NCBI GenBank assembly: GCA_964351035.1
Contig: CAYGMM010000001.1
Span: forward strand, 1,604 to 52,862
Reading direction: 5' to 3'
From: an uncultured Actinomyces sp.
GTDB taxonomy: Bacteria; Actinomycetota; Actinomycetes; S36-B12
DNA length: 51,259 nt
Positions 11,443 to 18,544 of the stretch are shown one piece after another (the stretch's first letter is position 1; every line of letters begins with the position of its first letter). The notes beneath the pieces are model-generated. The model was not told the DNA's origin. It did no database searches and saw only the letters and a program-made list of their open reading frames with translations. Both the position numbers and the translations under genes were made by a program.

Positions 11443-12467
11443 TGACCCGGGCGGTCGTGCGCTATGACAAGGGCGGCGAGGCGCCCCCTCCCAACGTCGA
11501 CATGTCGACGGCGCTCAGCACATTCGAGATGCCTAGTCCGATCCTGACGGCATCGGGGTGCGCGGCCTCGGGGCGTGAACTCGATCAGTTCTTCGACATC
11601 ACCAAGCTTGGGGCCATGGTCACCAAGAGCATCATGCTCGAGCCGCGCTCGGGTCGGGCAACCCCGCGCATTGCCGAGACGCCGAGTGGCATGCTCAACT
11701 CCATCGGCCTACAGGGGCCGGGCGTTCGATCGTTCATTGAGCACGACCTGGCCTGGCTGCGCGAGCGTGGTTCCCGGGTCATCGTGTCGATCGCTGGGGG
11801 CACGACCCAGGAATACGAGGAGATCGCCAAGATCTTGCGCTTCCAGGAGGGCATCGACGCGATCGAGGTCAACATCTCGTGTCCCAACGTGGCCGACCGG
11901 GGTCAGGTGTTCGCCTGTCGCGCGGATTCAGCGGCCGGCGTGGTCGCCAGCGTGCGACGGTCGAGCAACCCGAGCATCCCGGTATTCGCGAAGCTCTCGC
12001 CCGACGTCACCGATCTGGCCACCATTGCGCTGGCCTGTGAGCGTGCGGGCGCAGACGGGCTCACCCTGATCAACACCACCCTGGGCATGGTGATCAACAC
12101 CGACACCATGCGTCCTGCTCTGGCGGGCGTGACGGGCGGTCTGTCCGGACCCGCTATTCGGCCGATTGCCGTCCGATGTATCTGGCAGGTGCGCGAGGTG
12201 CTGCCGGAGATCCCCATCCTCGGCGTCGGCGGAGTGCGATCAGGGCTCGATGCACTCGAGTTGATTCTTGCGGGGGCAAATGCCGTATCCGTCGGCACGA
12301 GCGTCTTCCGGGATCCGTCCGCCCCCTTGCGCATCCATGACGAACTCGCCGCGGCCCTGGCCGATCGTGGGTTCGCGCGGATGCAGGACGCGGTCTCCTT
12401 CGCTCATCGCGCGGATGAGGGCACCGATGTAGCTGAGGATGATCTCGAGGTTCCCGAGTGGACGTGA
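11442..12467 (+). CDS. pyrD: dihydroorotate dehydrogenase (class 1B) catalytic subunit
   Basis: ASGCAASG, NSIGLQGPG, EVNISCPN, GLSGPAIRPIA motifs. The true start may be the internal Met (MSTALSTF). Confidence 0.9.
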   Translation: MTRAVVRYDKGGEAPPPNVDMSTALSTFEMPSPILTASGCAASGRELDQFFDITKLGAMVTKSIMLEPRSGRATPRIAETPSGMLNSIGLQGPGVRSFIEHDLAWLRERGSRVIVSIAGGTTQEYEEIAKILRFQEGIDAIEVNISCPNVADRGQVFACRADSAAGVVASVRRSSNPSIPVFAKLSPDVTDLATIALACERAGADGLTLINTTLGMVINTDTMRPALAGVTGGLSGPAIRPIAVRCIWQVREVLPEIPILGVGGVRSGLDALELILAGANAVSVGTSVFRDPSAPLRIHDELAAALADRGFARMQDAVSFAHRADEGTDVAEDDLEVPEWT

Positions 12468-13192
12468 CCGTGGCGCCGGTGGCCGTGGCTCTCGACGCCC
12501 CGGATCTGGCCACCTTGGAGGCATGGGCGGGTGCTGTTGGTCCGCACGTCTCCACGGTCAAGGTCGGACTGGAGACCTTCCTGCGGGACGGCGGCGCGGC
12601 CGTAGCTGCGGCACGTCGTGGGGCTCCGCACGCCGCTCTCTTCCTCGACCTCAAACTGCACGACATCCCCGCGACCGTGGCCGGTGCCGCCCGCGCGGTC
12701 AGCCACCTTCGTCCGGACTATCTCACGGTGCATGCGTCGGGCGGCGCGGACATGGTGGCGGCCGCAGCGCAGGCGCTGCCGGAGACGCGGATCGTGGCGG
12801 TCACGGTCCTGACCTCCCTCGCGCCGGACGACCTCGTGCGGATGGGTCTGCTGCCAACAGGAGCGGAAGCGGACGACGTTCGCTCGCTCGCCGTGCGTCT
12901 CGCGGTGGACGCGACAGGTGCGGGAGCCCGTGCCGTGGTCTGCTCGCCGGAAGAGGTGGCCGACATTCGGGCGGCGCTGAGTGAGGCCGGACGTGACGAC
13001 GTCGTGCTCATCACTCCCGGTGTTCGTCCGGCGGGTGCGGCCCTCGGTGACCAGCGTCGTGTGGCGACTCCCCGAGAGGCACTCCAACGCGGAGCCGACC
13101 TGTTGGTGATCGGTCGGCCCATCACGGGTGCCGACGACCCGGGTGCGGCCGCCGCGGCCATCGCCGCTGAGATCGCACACGGCAATGGCTGA
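12458..13192 (+). CDS. pyrF: orotidine 5'-phosphate decarboxylase
   Basis: [17 protein letters not shown] and LVIGRPIT motifs. GTG start overlaps the pyrD stop. Confidence 0.9.
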   Translation: MDVTVAPVAVALDAPDLATLEAWAGAVGPHVSTVKVGLETFLRDGGAAVAAARRGAPHAALFLDLKLHDIPATVAGAARAVSHLRPDYLTVHASGGADMVAAAAQALPETRIVAVTVLTSLAPDDLVRMGLLPTGAEADDVRSLAVRLAVDATGAGARAVVCSPEEVADIRAALSEAGRDDVVLITPGVRPAGAALGDQRRVATPREALQRGADLLVIGRPITGADDPGAAAAAIAAEIAHGNG

Positions 13193-14069
13193 ACCCGGCC
13201 CCCTCGATGCGGACGCCCGAGCCCGTGGGCGCGAGCAGGCCCTCATCGCCCGGCGGGCGCGGGCCCAGATCAAGGCCGATCTTGCCGAGGGCCGCTGCAA
13301 GCCGGCCGACATCATCGCCGCGCGTTTCGACGATCCGGTCATCGGTCGGATGCGCGTGCGGGACTTCTTACATGCCCTTCCGGGGATCGGCGATGTGCGG
13401 ACCGACCAGATCATGGCCGAATGCCAGATCGCCGATTCCCGACGTATGCGGGGACTGGGCGAGCACCAGGAGAGATGCCTGCTCAGCTGGGTCGCCGGTG
13501 CGCCCCGCCCGCGCGGCCGGCTACTGGTGCTGTCCGGTCCCTCGGGTGCAGGCAAGTCCAGTGTCGTGACCCTTCTGCGCGAGCGACATCCCGAAATCGC
13601 CTTCAGCGTGTCGGTGACCACCCGGCGGCCGAGGCCGGGCGAAGTCGATGGCGTGCACTATCACTTCATCGACGAGGCGACGTTCGATCGGATGATCCAC
13701 GAAGGGCAACTGCTCGAGTGGGCAGAGTTCGCCGGCAATCGCTACGGCACCCCGGCGGCGCCCGTGGATGACCTGGTGGAGGCGGGCCGGCCGGTCCTGC
13801 TCGAGATTGAGTTGCAGGGGGCGCGCCAAGTGCGTCAGAGCGCCCCGGAGGCCGTCTTCGTCTTCCTCGCGCCACCGTCCTGGGAGACGCTGGTGGCGCG
13901 GCTTGAGGGGCGGCGTACCGAGGCCCCCGAGGTCATCGCCGAGCGGCTGGCCACCGCCCGGGTCGAATTGGCCGCCGAGGCTGAGTTCGACGTGACCGTG
14001 GTCAACGACGTGGTGGCGCGGGCGGCCGATGAGATCGCCGGTCTGCTCGGGGTCGGCACCTCGGCCTGA
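13185..14069 (+). CDS. gmk: in-frame fusion: actinobacterial integration host factor (mIHF-like) domain + guanylate kinase
   Basis: The N-terminal ~105 aa ([15 protein letters not shown]...[42 protein letters not shown]) align by eye to mycobacterial mIHF. They continue without a stop into [14 protein letters not shown]...[17 protein letters not shown] (guanylate kinase). Confidence 0.85.
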   Translation: MAEPGPLDADARARGREQALIARRARAQIKADLAEGRCKPADIIAARFDDPVIGRMRVRDFLHALPGIGDVRTDQIMAECQIADSRRMRGLGEHQERCLLSWVAGAPRPRGRLLVLSGPSGAGKSSVVTLLRERHPEIAFSVSVTTRRPRPGEVDGVHYHFIDEATFDRMIHEGQLLEWAEFAGNRYGTPAAPVDDLVEAGRPVLLEIELQGARQVRQSAPEAVFVFLAPPSWETLVARLEGRRTEAPEVIAERLATARVELAAEAEFDVTVVNDVVARAADEIAGLLGVGTSA

Positions 14070-14074
14070 CCTAT

Positions 14075-14137
14075 CGCACCCTTGTGGGTAGTGGTCGTTA
14101 AGTCGCCGAGTGAGCAACCACAGGCCACAAGGGTGCG
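14075..14137. repeat. palindromic intergenic element R2, 6 nt after the gmk stop
   Basis: Outer arms cgcacccttgtgg / ccacaagggtgcg are perfect complements. The loop aagtcgccgag is nearly identical to the R1 loop aagtcggcgag. Confidence 0.65.
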
Positions 14138-14242
14138 GGCGGTGGCGAATCGCCCTGGTGGGCCCGCCTCGGGTAGACTCACGGACTGGTTCGCGGCTCC
14201 CGCCGCCTACTTCTCCGCGAGTTCCTCTCGAAAGGCCGCTCC

Positions 14243-14551
14243 ATGTCCGCATCCACGCGCCCCGAGGGCATCACCTACCCGCCCATCGACGACCTGCTGG
14301 ACAAGACCGATTCGAAGTACTCGCTGGTGATCTACGCCGCCAAGCGCGCGCGACAGATCAACGCCTACTACAGCCAGCTCGGCGAAGGCCTGCTGGAGTA
14401 CGTCGGCCCGCTCGTGGAGACCCACGTGCAAGAGAAGCCGCTGTCGATCGCCATGCGCGAGATCGACGCGGGCCTGCTCACCTCCGAGCCCTACGACCCC
14501 GCCGCTGAGCCGGCCGTGGTCGAGGTGACCGTCGACGAGGACCTTTCCTGA
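14243..14551 (+). CDS. rpoZ: DNA-directed RNA polymerase subunit omega
   Basis: [21 protein letters not shown] core, with an acidic C-terminal tail. Confidence 0.93.
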   Translation: MSASTRPEGITYPPIDDLLDKTDSKYSLVIYAAKRARQINAYYSQLGEGLLEYVGPLVETHVQEKPLSIAMREIDAGLLTSEPYDPAAEPAVVEVTVDEDLS

Positions 14552-15750
14552 CCGCACGCATCCTCCTCGGCGTCTCGGGAGGCATTGCCGCCTACAAGGC
14601 GTGCACCCTCCTGAGGCTGCTGCGCGAGGCGGGCCACGACGTACACGTCGTCCCCACCGAATCCGCCCTGAGGTTCGTCGGCGCTCCCACCTGGGAGGCA
14701 CTGTCCGGGCACCCCGTGCACACGGAGGTCTGGGCCGACGTCGATCAGGTCCCGCACGTATCCCTTGGACGCTGGGCCGATCTGGTCATCGTTGCTCCGG
14801 CCACCGCCAACCTGCTGGCCCGCGCGGCTGCCGGTCTCGCCGACGATCTGCTGACCAACACCTTGCTGACAGCCACGTGTCCGGTCCTCGTCGCTCCGGC
14901 GATGCACACCGAGATGTGGCTCAACGCCGCCACCCAGGCCAACGTCGCCACACTGCGCTCGCGGGGTGTTGAGGTCATCGAGCCGGCCGTGGGCCGGCTC
15001 ACCGGCGCCGACTCCGGTCCTGGTCGCTTGCCGGAGCCCGAGGATCTCTTCGCCCTGGTGACCCGCACGCTGGGTTCGGGACCGCTGGCGGGCCGCAAGG
15101 TGGTCGTCTCCGCGGGTGGGACCCGCGAACCCATCGACCCGGTGCGTTTCCTGGGCAACCGCTCGAGCGGGCTGCAGGGGGCAGCCATCGCGGCCGAGGC
15201 GGCGCGCCAGGGGGCTGACGTGACCCTCGTCGCCGCCCATCTGGCGGGGCCGGCACCGCACGGCGTGGCCGTCGTCGACGTGCAGACCGCCGCAGATCTG
15301 CTCGACGCGATGCGGGCGGCGAGCGCTGACGCGGACGTCGTGGTCATGACCGCCGCGGTGGCCGACTTCCGTCCCGCCGTCGTACGCGAGGGCAAGATCA
15401 AGAAGGTCGACGGTGTCGATCCGGAACCGATCGCGTTGGTCCGTAACCCCGATGTGCTTGTCGATCTCGTCGAGCGTCGCCGGCCGGGGCAGGTCATTGT
15501 CGGCTTCGCCGCCGAGACGGCGGCTGATGATGAGGGCCTGCTCGAGTTGGCCCGCACCAAAGTGGCCCGCAAGGGCTGTGACCTGCTGGTGGCCAACGAC
15601 GTGGGGGGAGACCGAGTCTTCGGTCGCGAGACCACGCGCGCCCTTCTGCTGGACGGCGATGGTGCGGTGATCGCTGACGTCGCGGGCACCAAGTGCGACC
15701 TCGCCGGCCGCCTGCTGGCCGCCGTGGTCGATCGCCTCGACGCCTCCTGA
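14548..15750 (+). CDS. coaBC: bifunctional phosphopantothenoylcysteine decarboxylase / phosphopantothenate-cysteine ligase (start codon uncertain, non-canonical)
   Basis: Frame 1 reads [24 protein letters not shown]... (flavoprotein motif) from 14551. No ATG/GTG/TTG lies between the in-frame stop at 14506-14508 and this motif. CTG 14548 overlaps the rpoZ TGA. The ORF-track start 14716 (GTG) would remove the FMN-binding N-terminus. Confidence 0.8.
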   Translation: MTARILLGVSGGIAAYKACTLLRLLREAGHDVHVVPTESALRFVGAPTWEALSGHPVHTEVWADVDQVPHVSLGRWADLVIVAPATANLLARAAAGLADDLLTNTLLTATCPVLVAPAMHTEMWLNAATQANVATLRSRGVEVIEPAVGRLTGADSGPGRLPEPEDLFALVTRTLGSGPLAGRKVVVSAGGTREPIDPVRFLGNRSSGLQGAAIAAEAARQGADVTLVAAHLAGPAPHGVAVVDVQTAADLLDAMRAASADADVVVMTAAVADFRPAVVREGKIKKVDGVDPEPIALVRNPDVLVDLVERRRPGQVIVGFAAETAADDEGLLELARTKVARKGCDLLVANDVGGDRVFGRETTRALLLDGDGAVIADVAGTKCDLAGRLLAAVVDRLDAS

Positions 15751-15765
15751 CCTTGTAGGGTGTGC

Positions 15766-15876
15766 GGGTCAAGAGCGCCAGCATCAAGCCCCGGCTCGCT
15801 GGCCGGCAACCCTCGGCAACCGCGGTGGGGTGCCCCGGGTGAGGACTAGGTCCGCAACAGCGGGCAAGCGCGGGTC
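15766..15876 (+). promoter_or_regulatory. SAM-IV class riboswitch in the metK leader
   Basis: gggtcaagagcgccagc-atcaagccccggctcgctggccggcaaccctc...cgcggtggggtgccccgggtga...gcgggcaagcgcgggtc matches, block for block, the mycobacterial SAM-IV sequence as I remember it. It ends about 12 nt before the gaaggg SD of metK. Confidence 0.8.
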
Positions 15877-15895
15877 GATTGACCCCGACGAAGGG

Positions 15896-17101
15896 ATGCT
15901 TGTGTCACGTCGCCTGTTCACCTCCGAATCCGTTACTGAAGGTCATCCGGACAAGATGGCCGATCAGATCAGCGATGCGATCCTCGACAGTCTGCTCGAG
16001 CAGGACCCGCGCAGTCGTGTCGCGGTGGAGACCTTGTTGACGACGGGCCAGGTGCACGTGGCCGGCGAGGTCACGACCGATGGATACGCGGATGTCATGA
16101 ACATCGTGCGCGATGTTGTCCTGGAGATCGGCTATGACCATTCGGAGAAGGGATTTGATGGCGAGTCCTGCGGCGTTTCGGTGTCGATCGGTGCGCAGTC
16201 CCCGGATATCGCCCAGGGCGTCAACGATGCGATCGAAGAGCGTGAGGGGCACAGTGCCGATCCACTCGACCGTCAGGGCGCGGGCGACCAGGGGTTGATG
16301 TTCGGGTACGCCAGCACCGATACCCCGAGCCTGATGCCGCTGCCGATCTCGCTGGCCCATCGACTCGCCGAGCAGCTCACCGCCGTACGCAAGGACGGCA
16401 CGATGGGCTACCTCCGTCCCGATGGCAAGACGCAGGTGACGATCGAGTACGACGAGCAGGACAAGCCGCTGCGGATCGACACCATCGTGGTGTCCAGTCA
16501 GCACGCCAAGGATGTCGATCTCGATGCCACGCTGGCGCCGGAGATCCGTGCCAACGTCGTTGAGCCGATCCTGGCGCAGGTGGATCTGCCCAGCGACGAC
16601 TTCCGACTCCTGGTCAATCCGACGGGTCGCTTCGAGGTGGGCGGGCCGATGGGCGACGCCGGTCTCACGGGACGCAAGATCATCGTGGACACCTACGGGG
16701 GGATGGCACGTCACGGCGGCGGAGCCTTCAGCGGCAAGGACCCGTCGAAGGTGGACCGCTCAGCGGCCTACGCCATGCGCTGGGTGGCCAAGAATGTCGT
16801 GGCGGCCGGACTCGCCGATCGCTGCGAGGTACAGGTGGCTTACGCCATCGGCAAAGCGCATCCGGTGGGGGTCTTCGTCCAGACGTTCGGGACCGGCGTG
16901 CTGCCCGATGAGCAGATCCAAGAGGCGGTGCTCGAGGTGTTCGACCTGCGTCCGGCCGCGATCATCCGCGACCTGGATCTGCTGCGGCCGATCTATCGGC
17001 CGACGGCGGCGTACGGCCACTTCGGTCGGGAGTTGCCGAACTTCACGTGGGAGCGAACTGATCGCGCCGACGCGCTGAAGGCGGCTGCCGGCGCGAAGTA
17101 G
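15896..17101 (+). CDS. metK: S-adenosylmethionine synthetase
   Basis: [44 protein letters not shown]. The start is ATG 15896 or GTG 15902. The ORF-track start 15830 lies inside the riboswitch. Confidence 0.95.
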   Translation: MLVSRRLFTSESVTEGHPDKMADQISDAILDSLLEQDPRSRVAVETLLTTGQVHVAGEVTTDGYADVMNIVRDVVLEIGYDHSEKGFDGESCGVSVSIGAQSPDIAQGVNDAIEEREGHSADPLDRQGAGDQGLMFGYASTDTPSLMPLPISLAHRLAEQLTAVRKDGTMGYLRPDGKTQVTIEYDEQDKPLRIDTIVVSSQHAKDVDLDATLAPEIRANVVEPILAQVDLPSDDFRLLVNPTGRFEVGGPMGDAGLTGRKIIVDTYGGMARHGGGAFSGKDPSKVDRSAAYAMRWVAKNVVAAGLADRCEVQVAYAIGKAHPVGVFVQTFGTGVLPDEQIQEAVLEVFDLRPAAIIRDLDLLRPIYRPTAAYGHFGRELPNFTWERTDRADALKAAAGAK

Positions 17102-17173
17102 GTGTGCGCTGAAGGCGGCTGCCGGCGCGAAGTAGGTGTGCGCTGAAGGCGGCTGCCGGCGCGAAGTAGGTGT
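17072..17173. repeat. perfect tandem repeat, 3 x 34 bp, duplicating the metK 3' end including its TAG stop
   Basis: The unit gcgctgaaggcggctgccggcgcgaagtaggtgt occurs at 17072-17105, 17106-17139 and 17140-17173 with no mismatch. Confidence 0.92.
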
Positions 17174-17177
17174 GCGA

Positions 17178-17295
17178 TTAGCGGGACAAATGGTCGATAC
17201 GCCCCTCTCAGAGGCCTCCATCGACCGTTTCTCCCGCTAAGCGGGACAAATGGTCGACAGGGCGGTTGCGTGGGCGATTATCGACCGTTTCTCCC
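17178..17295. repeat. palindromic intergenic element R3 (two tandem hairpins) between convergent metK and the GGDEF-like gene
   Basis: gcgggacaaatggtcga occurs at 17181 and 17241. Its near-complement tcgaccgtttctccc occurs at 17221 and 17281. Confidence 0.75.
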
Positions 17296-17323
17296 ATGGG
17301 GAAGCCAAGGCTGTACGGCGGAT

Positions 17324-18544
17324 CTAGGCCGTCACGGGTCGGCTGGCGGATGCGCGCGCGATGAGTTCGTCCGCGCTCAGCGAGGCGGGATCAACGTCAA
17401 TCGCGTGTACGGACAGGTGGACGGGGCGCTTGCCGAGCGCAACACCTGAGTCATCCAATGCCCGGCGAACGCCATCGGCCAACGTCGAACGATCGACGGT
17501 CCCGACGCCCACAGCGGCGAACGCGCCCGCCGTCCATCGGGCGACCAGAGCCCCCTCGGGCAGCGCCGTGCGCAGCGATCGATACGCCGCGGTGATGACC
17601 TCGTCGCCGTACCCGATGCCGTAGCGGTCGTTGATCTCGAGCAGTTCGTCGATGGTCGCGACGACGCCGTACACCGGTTGGGCAGAGGTCTGGGCGGCAC
17701 TCCACACGGCTGGCGCGAGATCGGTGAGGCCGCGCCGCGACAGTGCGCCCGTGAGGGGATCTGACGTCAGCATGGTGGCGATGCGCGCCTGCTCGGCGGC
17801 GATCCGATCGACTCCGATGATGCGCAGTTGGAGCAGAATCGCGCCGACGGCCAATGCGGTCAGGGCGGCGAGCGCCCAGCCAGTGGTCTGGACGGTCTCG
17901 ATCAGGTACCCGGCAATGACGATGCCCACGAGCGCGGCACCGCCGCCGATCATGCCGGCCGGCCATGACATGGCGATCGGCACGAGCCCGACGAGGATGA
18001 CCAGGGCGTAGGCGAGCGTGACCGGGTTGTCTTCTTCCACTGCCTGCCACGACACGAAGCCCACAACGCCGGCCATCCCTGCCGCCCAGAGCCACGGCAG
18101 CGCCCGCGGCGCGATCGCCCGACGGCCCGCCACCTGGGCAACCGCGAGTACGACGAGAGCAAAGAGCGCTCCGGCGATATCCGAGACGACGGATGCCTGC
18201 GGGGAGGTGAAGACCAGGAGGAGGGTCAGGACGATGGCGACGGCACCGCTGAGCGTCAGCGCGATGGGGATCGTTTGGTAAGCGCTCTCGAGGCGTAGCC
18301 GCGAGGCAGGATCGCTTAACTGGCGCAGTTCGGGGGCGGGTTGGGTCACATTGACCTCCTCCGGGTCGAGATCTGGGCGCAGCGGCGCAAGGCGATGAGG
18401 TTGAACCGGTCGAGGCCAGGGCACCAAACGCCCCGCGGTGAGACCGAGATACACGAGGGTGTTGATGCCGACGAAGATCAAGAAGACCCGGAAGCCGGTG
18501 GAGGTCAGCAGGCTCTCTGGTAGGAGGAGACCGGTAGGCATCAT
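17324..18544 (-). CDS. polytopic membrane protein with C-terminal degenerate GGDEF domain
   Basis: Starts MMPTGLLLPE, with ATGATG overlapping the TGA of the upstream GT2 gene. Several hydrophobic segments are followed by DPLTGALSRRG...IDELLEINDRYGIGYGDEVI...RWTAGAFAAVG, so GGDEF is replaced by TAGAF and other catalytic positions are changed. The ORF-track N-terminal extension to 18937 overlaps the GT2 gene and is rejected. Confidence 0.8.
   Translation of the reverse strand: MMPTGLLLPESLLTSTGFRVFLIFVGINTLVYLGLTAGRLVPWPRPVQPHRLAPLRPDLDPEEVNVTQPAPELRQLSDPASRLRLESAYQTIPIALTLSGAVAIVLTLLLVFTSPQASVVSDIAGALFALVVLAVAQVAGRRAIAPRALPWLWAAGMAGVVGFVSWQAVEEDNPVTLAYALVILVGLVPIAMSWPAGMIGGGAALVGIVIAGYLIETVQTTGWALAALTALAVGAILLQLRIIGVDRIAAEQARIATMLTSDPLTGALSRRGLTDLAPAVWSAAQTSAQPVYGVVATIDELLEINDRYGIGYGDEVITAAYRSLRTALPEGALVARWTAGAFAAVGVGTVDRSTLADGVRRALDDSGVALGKRPVHLSVHAIDVDPASLSADELIARASASRPVTA

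Noticed and set aside
14541-14551. Programmed -1 frameshift fusing RpoZ to CoaBC
   Set aside because: coaBC is in the -1 frame relative to rpoZ, but the junction (gac ctt tcc tga) has no X-XXY-YYZ slippery heptamer. An omega-CoaBC fusion has no precedent that I know of. Non-canonical initiation is the simpler explanation.
15830-15895. ATG 15830 as the metK start (ORF-track start)
   Set aside because: It lies inside the SAM-IV riboswitch and adds a non-conserved Arg-rich extension. The conserved MetK N-terminus begins at 15896/15902.
17072-17295. CRISPR array
   Set aside because: The 34-bp units are directly adjacent with no spacers. The neighbouring repeats are hairpins of a different sequence, and no cas genes are present.
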